Source: Paragordius varius
Taxonomy: Eukaryota > Animalia > Nematomorpha
Assembly (NCBI GenBank): GCA_964247055.1
Contig: OZ176056.1
Coordinates: 3,658,001 to 3,722,000 of the forward strand
DNA length: 64,000 nucleotides
Reading direction: 5' to 3'
Position numbers and translations under genes: made by a program. This document shows positions 38,318 through 49,600 of this stretch, in pieces (the first letter of the stretch is position 1; every line of letters begins with the position of its first letter). Below the pieces are notes generated by a model. The model had not been told where the DNA came from and searched no databases. It worked only from the letters and a program-made list of their open reading frames with translations.

Positions 38318-39163
38318 ATGGTACATGCATTAAATCTCCATCTGATTGAAATTTTTCAAAATCTGAAGCCACACAAAGATAATAGCAATTTAAACGATTA
38401 TTCTTACCATTTATGGCCTTCATCTCCGGTTTTAGCCCAATATATATTTTGTAATCAAGAAAAATTTGTGAATAAATGCGTTTTGGAATTAGGATGTGGG
38501 ATCACTTGTTTGCCTTCCCTGGTTAGTTGTAAAGTTGGTGCTAAGCGTGTGATTGGGATGGATATATGTTTTAATAACAGGATTAATTTAGAAAATGTAA
38601 CTATTAAGGAGAAGCTTGTAAGTTTTAACTGTCCTGATAAAAAAGAAAAAGGCGAAAAAATTGTTTTTGATTTCGATAGATTCAAACAATGCACGCTAAA
38701 AGATATCGCCCTACACAACTGCAAATTAAATGATATATCGTGTCATCATTCCGATAATGGAAATAGTTGTCAATTACATTTAGTATCATATGAATGGGGA
38801 ACCAATATAAATACCCCTAGTTTACAGATCCTCCAAAATACCGAGTTTGATTACATAATTGCTTCCGATATATTTTATGATGCTTCAAATTATCATCAAA
38901 TTATGTATACTCTCAAACTTTTATCCCAAATGAACAAACAAGCCACAATACTCATTGCCTATCAACAAAGAGACGTCGCAAATTTTGGGTACGATTCCGT
39001 CACAGGATTTTCCCGTCACCTGATGGTTCTTTTTGAACTCTGGTCCTTCAGATATGAAATAATTCCAAATACCGAATTTAAAGCGGATTTTTCTGATATA
39101 GCAAATACTCAATTACCCGGTCGTCACATAATTAATCTCTATAAATTGACTAATAAAATATAA
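38318..39163 (+). CDS. METTL23: Class I SAM-dependent methyltransferase, METTL23-like, 281 aa, apparently single exon
   Basis: HLWPSSPVLAQY, VLELGCG, IIASDIFYD, AYQQR and the METTL23-type tail FKAD..IANTQLPGRHII. Confidence 0.88.
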   Translation: MVHALNLHLIEIFQNLKPHKDNSNLNDYSYHLWPSSPVLAQYIFCNQEKFVNKCVLELGCGITCLPSLVSCKVGAKRVIGMDICFNNRINLENVTIKEKLVSFNCPDKKEKGEKIVFDFDRFKQCTLKDIALHNCKLNDISCHHSDNGNSCQLHLVSYEWGTNINTPSLQILQNTEFDYIIASDIFYDASNYHQIMYTLKLLSQMNKQATILIAYQQRDVANFGYDSVTGFSRHLMVLFELWSFRYEIIPNTEFKADFSDIANTQLPGRHIINLYKLTNKI

Positions 39164-39226
39164 AAAATGGAATTAAATAAAAAAATAAACAGTCAGAATT
39201 TATTAAATAAAAATTTTGTAAGGATA

Positions 39227-39885
39227 TTAAGAATATATTTTTAATGGCAGTTCCCCTACAATCTTTGAACCGTCTAGATTTAAGGCGTAATTGTGATCTA
39301 CGGGGTTATCAAAGCATTTGATTATTAGATTTTCCAATTGTTCAGGATTTGTTACAAAATGTTTTGAAGTCACCTTAATTTATTAAAAAAAATAACTTCT
39401 AATTCATCAATCTTCGCTTCAACTTTTTCAATGACATCCTTCATATCTAATTTTCTTTGAATAAATACTTGGACTTCTTTTGACACTTTTTCTTGCCATA
39501 CTTTATCTAAATAATCTTGTCTAATAAATTTATATAATTTTTGCTGAATTATTCCATATATAATAATAAAAAATATATTTTACCGTATTAAAGCAACTCT
39601 TTTATTTTCTTTTTGATTAATTTCCAAAAGTTTATCAATTTCTAACTGATGTTTATGGTCTTCCTCGCTTTTTTGTTCGCTTGTATGCGAAGAATCATAT
39701 TTGTTTTCAAAGTAATGCCTGATGGAATTAACCGTTGCTTTGTAATTTAAAAAGTATTCATGTTCTTCATCAGTTTTGACAGGCGATATATTAACTTTGA
39801 ACAATTTTGTTTTTCCAACCTTACGCAATTTGCGGGTAATCGAACGCGATATTAATGTTTGAAAAGTGGAACGGGTTGAAAGCAT
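39227..39885 (-). CDS. MRPS26: Mitochondrial ribosomal protein S26 (mS26), 190 aa; exons 39885-39584, 39520-39397, 39373-39227
   Basis: Basic presequence, RK..KTKLFKV, LLEINQKENKRVALIR and SKHFVT..LENLI..FDNPVDHNYALNLDG, resembling mS26 ([31 protein letters not shown]). 573 nt in phase. Confidence 0.85.
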
Positions 39886-39908
39886 GGCTTTCACTCATAT
39901 GATAATAA

Positions 39909-40453
39909 ATGAATGAATTGAATTTTGTGGAGAAAGAGGAAAAATTGGGATACTTTGATATTCCGCCTATTAAATACGAATTTTTGGATCATCCTGCCGA
40001 TATTCAAATTCATGGTTGGGGTAGCACTTTACCTGAAGCTTTTGAGCAGGTATTAACCAAAGTTTTATAAAGTAAGAGACTGCTATGGGAATGTTTGCTT
40101 ACATGACAGAAATCGAAAAAGTTGACATTCAAACCACTTGGACTGTTGAATGCAGTGGACATGATTTAGAAAGCTTGTTATATAACTTTCTTCAGGAATT
40201 CCTTTACTATTTTTCGGCCGAAAATAATTACATTGCTCGTAAAGTAAAAGTCTTATCCTTTATCAAATCCCAATCACCCATTAATTCGGAAGAAGACGAA
40301 TACGAATATAAAATTACGGCAAAGGGTTTTGGTGAAAGTTTTGACTTGTCAAAACATACTCAAGGGACTGAAATTAAAGCTATAACATACTCTTGTTTAC
40401 AGGTTATTGTGAAAGAAACACAATGTGATACATATGTGATTGTTGATATATGA
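39909..40453 (+). CDS. ZBTB8OS: Archease (RtcB tRNA-ligase cofactor), 171 aa; exons 39909-40049, 40079-40453
   Basis: YEFLDHPADIQIHGWG..EAFEQ|TAMGMFAYMT, GESFDLSKHTQGTEIKAITYS and terminal YVIVDI*. Confidence 0.95.
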
Positions 40454-40547
40454 TATTAAAATAAATTTTGTTTTTATTTTTGGTTTCTTTATATATACAT
40501 ATATATATAAATAATGTTTTTGCTTTACATATTACCACTTCGCAACA

Positions 40548-43443
40548 ATGACAAATCACACTTCGACAGATGAAAAGGATTTGTCTGAAACCACGGACAC
40601 TTCAAAAACTAATGCCGCGCCTCTTATAATTACAACTGAAGAAGAGAATAATATTATTTTGGATGAAATTATAGCTGTTGCGGCAAAATCTAGTCCTCTC
40701 ATATCTCATAATGCCTTGGTAAGTCATGTGTCATAAAAGTGTACTTATCAAAAAATTTTCTCGGACATTATCATTAGAAATATTATTTTTTCATAAGCTA
40801 ATGTGAGTTTCAAAAAATTATGTTTTAGCTAATGTTGCCTCATTGATCTGATAATATATATTAGTACCTGAACCATGTGTTGCTCAGAAATGCGGTTTTA
40901 TAAAATAAGTATTAATACTTAACTCTTTTAAAATAAACTGTAATAGTATTTGTTGTTAGTGGTAAAGGTAGGAAAGTATATAAAGGTTAAAATTCAGAGT
41001 ATAATATATATATATATATAATGTTATTTAGAAAGATATAAATGACAAAAATTTCGAATTGGTAGTCAAAAATTTGAGCATGAAACGGTGTAATTATAAT
41101 TAGGTTGCGACTGATTTTTGTTCAAATCTTTGGAAAAAAAGTTCTCTTACGTAGTTTTGCTTTGGAGCCATTGTTTTTATATTTAAATAAAAATTGCATT
41201 GCCCTTGATTTTATTTTATTCTTTAATATACTAGTTATATGACTAGTATGTATTTGCAATGGAAACCGGACATTTAATTTTATTAAATTTTGAGAAATCC
41301 TAGTAAAATAAGCGTTAAATCATTAAGCATTTGTATTTGAAAATAATGAGCAGTGGATATTATCGAATTTTTATTATAACCACCCAATTTAATGTGCATA
41401 TGTAGTGAAAATATTATTTTAACATCCTCTTCACCATTATAAAAGTTATGTTTTATTTGAAAAGAGTTCGAAAACTAATATTGTATTAGATTCTAATAAA
41501 TTGTAAGGAATTTGCCAGGGGTAGTAATTATTTGCTAACTAATCAAAGACGTCAGATAAAAGCAGGCCAAAATATTATTGTGGATCCCATTTTGTTTATC
41601 TGCCCTTAAAACTACACACATGCGCAATTTAAGTCCGCCAAAAGTAGCGTATTCTTTATTCAGTAATTATATGGAAGCTCGAGCCTAAAAATAACATTTC
41701 CCGCACACTATTCATCAGAGGTAGAAGGCTGTTAACAGTCATCTCTAGTAAAAACATATGATGAACATTCTCCATTGATTAAACATGTGTATGGTTCGTT
41801 GTCATAAAGAGAGTGGGTGCTTTGGTCGAGACCACACAACTGCGAAGGCGCAAAAAACAAATTGACAGAAGCATTACATGTATTACAAAAGACAATTAAT
41901 AGATGTCTACGAGCAATGGGTAAGACCAAAAACTCGGTGATTGTGGAACTCATAAAATTTGAACGAACTTTAAACTGAAAATAGTGACAATAAAAAGCTG
42001 CTTCAACGTCGAAAATATTTTTTGCTCTGAATAGCGAAGGGTGAAGAGAAAAACGCTTTATTTTGGAAAAGTTATGGCTTCTACCTTGCTAAACTGATCC
42101 ATAGACACCTAGGCAAATCGTTTTGTCAAGAATTGCTTTGTTTTGGTGACTCCAGAGCGGTTTGTGCATATTAAACGTTTATAATTCGATAAAATCGTTA
42201 GCCAAAAAATGTATTTAATTAATCAAACCATGTATTAATTGAAACTGACAAAGTGATATGATACATGCAATGCACATAGCAAAACCAGTGAAAACTTTAA
42301 AAATGCTTGAAAGAGAACATTTCCGTTTGCGCCAACCTCTCTTGACCTGACACCCTCTGACTATCACCACTTCCCATGAATGGGCACATACCTGCAAGCT
42401 TAAATAATCTCAAAGACGTTGGAAAATGATTGGACCATATGCCGCAAAAGACAATTAGCTTTTCTGGCATGGCATTCATATATTATTTAAAAGATGGGCT
42501 AAATGTGTAGAAACCGATGAGCAAATTACATTATTTTTACCAAAAAGCCGTTAAAGATTTGATTATTTGTGGTAAATAACTCATTTATGCAAACTAAGCA
42601 AACCGGAGAACGGATATGTTTCGTCTATCATTTTCTATATTTTGTTTAAGGAGTACAATTTAAAATCTTTAAATAATTAATAAAAGGTAAAATGTATTAC
42701 TTTTATATATTAATAGGGATCAACTTCAACCATAGATTTAATTTTGGAGCCATCGCGTGTTCCTATAACTTCTGACATCTCCGTTGGGGTAAAACGGAGC
42801 TTGTCCCCCGACCTGATTAAATCTAGCAGCGATGATGATGATATTAGCAATAAACGATTAAAAAAATCAGCTTCGGAAATTAAAGTAAGACCCGTAACAA
42901 AGAAAAAAAGTCGCAGCAAATCAGCCATAAAATGTGACATTTGTAAAACTAGTATTGGAATCTTAGGTATATTTTTTGAGATAGCTTTATTTCTGCTAAT
43001 TTTTATACAGTAAATATTAAATTTTTTTAAACTACCATATTGAAACTCTGATTTTTTGAAAAGTACCATATTTTTCAAACTTCAATGTTTAATTATATTA
43101 TATCTATCGATTAGGGTTGTGAAATAAGAAGTAGGGATAAAAATTAATACAGTGGTAAATCTAGATGAAATAATTTTGCTTTTTTGGGTCGAAAATTTTT
43201 ATAATCTTTTACTATTTTTATTTAAATTTTATCTTTATAATTTTGTTTTCAGTTTAAGGTTATTAAAAACAAACTTTATGTAAAATAACATTAGGTTATG
43301 ATTGTCGGTGCCAAGGTAAATTTTGTAGTCAACATAGATATCCTAGTGAACATGCCTGCTCTATTGACTACAAAAAGCTTGGAAGCCAAAAAATCGAGAA
43401 AGATAATCCAAAAATAAAACCTATTAAAGTACCAAAAATATGA
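40548..43443 (+). CDS. AN1-type zinc-finger protein (ZFAND3/5/6-like), 189 aa; exons 40548-40718, 42717-42966, 43295-43443
   Basis: CDICKTSIGILGYDCRCQGKFCSQHRYPSEHACSIDYK..KIEKDNPKI matches the AN1 finger and tail of ZFAND5/6. Exons are in phase (570 nt); linkage of exon 1 is inferred. Confidence 0.82.
41700..42580 (+). mobile_element. Decayed mariner (Mos1-like) relic in ZFAND intron 1
   Basis: TEALHVLQKTINRCLRAMGK; HIAKPVKTL; DLTPSDYHHF; FWHGIH..KRWAKCVETD. Confidence 0.8.
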
Positions 43444-43635
43444 AACTCGCACACAAAAATAACTCTCCTAACTATTAAAACAAAACACTCTAATAAAAAT
43501 TAATTATATATTTATTATAATTTATAATATGTATATCATATTAAAGTGATTTTAATTATTAGGAAAGAAATGCGCTCATGTTTGAGAGTGGTAATATATA
43601 TTTAAAATTATGAAACATTATTATAATTGAATCAT

Positions 43636-46600
43636 TCAGTGGAGTGCAATAGTGAAAAGTTTGGACCTGTAAAGAGAGTATATTTTGGGTGGTTCTAAAT
43701 GCCATTTCATTAAAAAATTATGGTTTTATCAATTTTACCTTTAACCTTATATCTAGCAGCAGGATAATTGTGAGATAATAAATTATTTTCAACAGCATCA
43801 TTATTACTATATAATGCAGCATAAGGCATTTGGTTATTAACAAAATGTTCATTATTTATGGGAAACGCTGTTGTAAGATTTAAATCATTTTGAATAAATG
43901 CCGCCGGCGTTGATAGTATATGAGCAAATGGTGGTTGAATTTTATTACCTTTAGAGTTAAAATTTGAAGGTGTGTTAAATGCCAACGAAAATCGATTTCG
44001 ATCGACTATCGCTTTACGAGAAACTAGGGAGTTACTTTTAACGTTTGGCCCATTACCATTAGAATTTTGCAGAGCTGTCGTTGGAATCCTTTTCTCTACT
44101 CCTGAAGCATTATTATATTCGCCTTGAAAATTTTGATTTTCCATCATTGCTGGACATTGAGCTATAACATTGAAATCTGGACAAGATAATCGTTGAAGTG
44201 ATCTGGTTGCATTTATGTACCTGGGGTGAATATCATCTTTAAAGGCTTTAAATTTTGGGATATTTTGCTTTTTTGGATTATATTTTTCTTTTTTGTGTAC
44301 CTCATTTACTTCAATGTTAGGCGGATTTACATGTTTAGTTAACCGTTGTGGTTTGCTACTGCGACTAAATTTTAATGATGGTTTAAATAAATGCCTTCGC
44401 TTAATACCATTAACACAACTTTTTCCTAGAGTTTCTAGGGTATAGTTACCATTTTCTTGGGTGGTTACTTTGCTGATATTTTCGGAATCAAAATTATTAT
44501 GATCGACTTTATCATTCATTTTCATATTTATATCAAAATGGTCATCATTGTTATTTGCGCCATTTGTCAAAGGTTCAGAAGTGTCTTTCGATTGATTTTG
44601 TCGCTTATTACTTGGTTTTGGAATTGAATATATGGCATTTGGATCTACATCAATTTTTCTCTGTAACAAATTAGAGCCATCTGATCGAACCTTCGTACAC
44701 TCGCCCTGTTTTAGGTTACATGTAATGGTTTCCTCGTTGTTGTTTATCTGTGGTTCATTCAAGTTGACTTTTTCTTTTATATTTAAAGTTGTTAAGTTTT
44801 CAGGGTTTTTATCATCTTTTTCTGTGCTAGTGGTATTAGTTGTGGGCTTAGCTATCAAATTATTTTTTTGTTGGAAAAAAGTATGAATTTCATTCAAAAG
44901 TGCGGAATGTTGATTTGCGTTGGTTTCTGAGGTATTGGAATTATTATTTAATGTCCCAGGCTGCTCTGTGATTTCCGTTTCCAAAGGGGACCCATTGGAT
45001 TCATTTCTAACTGTATGATCATTATCGATTAGCGCATCATTTTCACACTCAGATTCTGTGGTTGTAAGGGAGGATTTTAGTTTATTGCTTTTCAATTTAG
45101 TTTCATCAGTATTGTTTTCATTATCAGTCATGCCAATCGATTCAGATTTTATATTTATATCCCTTAATTTTTGAACAAGCGGGCTTTGAACCAATTCTTC
45201 CAATAAGCTGGGTGATTTATTTCCAAAATCATTTGCCGCTGCACCTTTGGATTTAAGTTCATCAGTTTCACACTTTCTTAAAGTCATTTTTTGATTTTCT
45301 TCAGGCTTTTCCATATGGGGTGGCAGATTGCATTTTATTTCACAGCCACTTCTCTCATTCAATGTGGATGGCTCGTTATTGGTTTCTGTTGGTAAAAATT
45401 GATTTTTATTATGGATTTTATTGATCTGAGCTTGTTGTAAATGTTGGTTTAATATTTTCAATGAACCAGTCATTGGTAGCTCATCGCTATTACCTAACAT
45501 TATTGGTGGATTAATGCTAAACTCCTCAATAGAGTTTCGACAATTTTGATCATCGGGTAGAATAATATGGGGTTTTGGTGCTTGAAATGGCGGTGGAATG
45601 GGATATGATTGGGGTGAAATAAAGTTTGATTCTAAGGAGTGTCCCTTTGTAGTTTTTTTATTAGTATTGACTTGTATAATTTGATTGGAATTCAAATCAA
45701 ATGCGACACATTTATTGTTTAGCGGTATTTGAGTAGAACTAATCCCATTGCCATTATGTGCCATGATTGAGTCTTCAAGTGCTTTTTGTGTTTCATGAAA
45801 GCTATGTGGATTCGTCATTTGATTGTGATGTTCAATGAATATGGGATAAGCTTGGACATATTGCATAACTGGGGAAGGTGATGCCATTAATTTAATACTA
45901 TTTAAACTAACTTTTTGTTGGTCTCGATCGTAGTGGGGAACTAAATTTTCCATTTTATTCAAATCTTTTTGGGACAATTGCCCGTTTTCTGGTATGGAAT
46001 ATATGTCATTGCTCAAATCCATCGAAAATCGTGATTGACCATTACCACAAATTTTACTATCTTGTTGATGATGCAAGGTATCAGGTGTTAACTCGCTTTC
46101 ACCAAGTGTAAAGGCCCATGAAGTAGGCAACAAAGATTTATTGTAACGTTTCTTATATCGATCCGGCATTTTAGAGGATGTTAACGAAGATGTGGATAAG
46201 GGGTCCGGCCCAAATGTTAAACCGCTATTGAATCCGGTTCCATTCACATACTTATTGAATTCCTAAACGGGAGCAAAAAATTTATTTTGGATTAAAATGA
46301 ACTAAATATTTTTAGTCTTTGGTCGGGATTTTCACAAATCTTTTCTGAAAAAAAAACGTTTCCTATAATACCGTTTCCCGTATAAATTGCAAAAAAGTTT
46401 TAAATGGTTACAATCCCATTCGTTGTAAAATGGTTCTAATTTAGGTATCATTTTTTAGAATTTACAGAACCGATCTTTGATAGTATGCGAATATCTATCC
46501 GGAAAAATATAAAACATATATAAGCTTTAAATCTTAATTGACTTTTCTCTAAAATCTAACTTCCATGGTCAAATTAAATATAAATTAGTATTAATAAGTT

Positions 46601-49600
46601 TTATAATAAAAATTTTGATTCTGTAACGTTTCTGAAAAATCTTTGCGATTCCTGTTCGAATCGTTAGAAAAAAATGTGTTAAATATGTTACCTTATAATA
46701 CTTTGCTGAAGCTTTGCTCGAGTTACTACGGCCCAAACTGAAAAATTTAAAGGGTGTACTACTGTTAAGACTTGATGTGTTTTTATTTTCCTTTTTGTTG
46801 TTCTTTTTACCATTAAATATCCCGGACGGTAAATCGACATAGGACATATGAAGGGCTTCATTTGCGTCATAATTCATAGGTTTTGAACCCATCATAGAGT
46901 TGTTGGTAAATGTCAAATTTTGTGGATGTGTATTATCATTTATTAAGGAATTGTAATGGCCTCCAAATTTACGTGTTAACCGGGAATTTATGGATCCATC
47001 TATAAAAATAAGAGTCAAGATTAACAATCATACATATACAGTAAAAAGTGAAATTATACGGACAAAACGTCAAAATATAAAGACAATTTTTTTTCTAAAA
47101 GACTATGATGCTTTTTCAATCCTTAATTTATCCAATTAAAATAATTTAATTACAATCGTATGATACATAAATTGCTTGTGTTATCAATTTACATCTATAT
47201 TTGCTACTTTATAGTTTGAAACCATAAGTCATTATTATAAAAATTAAGATTTAAAAAGTATGTTTGTCTTTTAAAAAAAATATTTATTTTTATATTTTTT
47301 ATCCGTATAATTTCAATTTTTACTGTAAAATTTATATGTATAATTAAACGTTTTATTTAGTATTATAATACTAAATAAAACGTTTCATTACATTTAAGTT
47401 CTGAGGGGATATTGGTAAATGTATGATCAACTGGGGTGTGCCCATCATGTAACATGTGCAAATTTGTTGGAATCGATTGATGTATCAATGGTGCAGTGCC
47501 GGGAATATTGTAAAAGCCTACTCCTAAAAATATCGAAAAAATAGAGTATATAAATTCAAGCCCTTACCTTAGGTAAAATAGTTAAGAAACCTGCTAAAAG
47601 TAAAATACTTTTAACTTTTGTATAGTATACTTATATTTTACCTAGCGGGTTTGTTAGATGAGGTGATTTATTAAGAGGTTCATGACCCCAGATTTTTTTA
47701 TTCATACGAGTTGGCAAAGTTTGCATTTTCCAATCATCATTCCCATTATTATATAACGGAGACAGACTCATCTTGTGGGCTGATTTACCATTAAATGTGC
47801 CAAATCTGTTTGCTACATAATGTAAATCATTTTTGTCATTTTTGTTTTTATTCAAGTTAAATGTCGGGGAATAGTGATAATGGTTGTTTGAAAGACTTAA
47901 ATAACTCATGCTGTTTCGATACGTTCTATCCTTGTTAATTTCATTGGCGAGATGGGTATTATTTGATGGCGGTCTGCGTTGCGTTAAAACTGTCATAGTT
48001 AGCGGTTTTTCTGACCCACTTTGGGCAATTAGTTTAGAAACTTGGCCATGGCTAAGGAATTGAATGTGTACACCATTAACCTATATAAAGCATATCGGAA
48101 AATCAAAAATTAAATATATTAATATTTTTTAAATTTTACATTGATTGATAAATATAGGAAGGGTTTGGTGACCCGTCTTAAAAATGACTTGATCTACCAT
48201 ACTAGATTATATTATATAATAAATAAAAGAAAACGGACTGGACTTAAACATTTTATAATTTATACTATTTTTTGGTTATTTTAAATATATATTATATCAA
48301 ATATCCTTATGTTTCAATTTTCATGGTTTTTTTAAGTGAGGTTACCACGGTCATACATGCGTAATGTTTGTAACCTTAAATAAAAAATTTGTGAGATTTG
48401 TCGAATTGAAATAGTTTGCCAATAAATACATGCGCTTTTTGATATTTTGCGCTAATAATATATAAGTTTTATATAAAAAGCAGTCTTTTTTGATGCGCAT
48501 TTGGCGATTTTTTTATCAATTACATAAAAAATTTACTGTATTAGAGATATCGCGCCACTTTTGAATGGTAATTTCTTAAAACTTTTTTACTTACTTCAAT
48601 TATATGATCACCCTCCTTGAGATCAGCTTGATGGGCTGGACTGTTTAATTCGACGCGTAAAATAACGTGTGGACTTTGTTCTATTAAAATTAAATGTAAA
48701 ATTATTTTTAGTGCTATAATTTTGAAAATAAATTCTCCGTTTATTATAAAGGCTTTTTATTACCAGACAAAGTTTGCGGGATATTTTTTGGCCCAGTGAG
48801 GATAAATCCATATCCTTTGATACCTCGATGCAAAAACACTACACGTTGGGCCAGATCAGAAGCGATAGGTTTTAACATGATATTTGATGACTGTGAAATA
48901 TATTTACCACTTAGGTCTAGGTTACTTTTGGACAAACAATCTAAATTGTGCCTTGTATCCATAAGATCATTTGTTTTATCAGATTGTTCCTTATTATTTA
49001 TAATGCTAAGTTGACTATTTCGGAAAGAAATTAATCCATCATTCACATTTTGATTCGTTATTGAAGGGGAGGGCGAAAATGTTTTAGGGCGAGATAATTC
49101 AGGATTTGCACACGATCCGGATGTATTATCGGCATATCGAGTAGTTTTTACTGTTCCAGATATAGGGTCAGTTTCTTTGACCGCTCTATCAAACAGTCTA
49201 GCAACAATATTTTCAGGTGGTGGCGGGTGATTTGGATTTGGGTTGAATGATACTTTACAGGCGGTTGGGGGAGACTCAACACTTGTTGTAGCAATCATAG
49301 TGTATGCTTCTTGATTATGCTGATCAGATTGTTTGCAAACGCTTTTATTGTTGCTTTGTACCAGCGAATTTAACAAAGGTGCAGTCAACGTTTTCGCAAT
49401 ACAACTACTATTAAAGTTTTGACTTGGGTTAACAGTGTACCCATCTGTGTCATCTGTGTCCAACCGAATGGCATTACAAATTTCTTCCAATGAAGACTGT
49501 TGATTTAAATCATCACTGTTTAAGCTTGATCCTTTTCCTATAATCAAATAGTTATAAATATTCATTGTAATGTTGTAAGGGCAAATACTTTTATTAAACT

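Noticed and set aside
38618-38679. Candidate intron in METTL23
   Set aside because: At 62 nt its removal shifts the frame and destroys the downstream conserved motifs.
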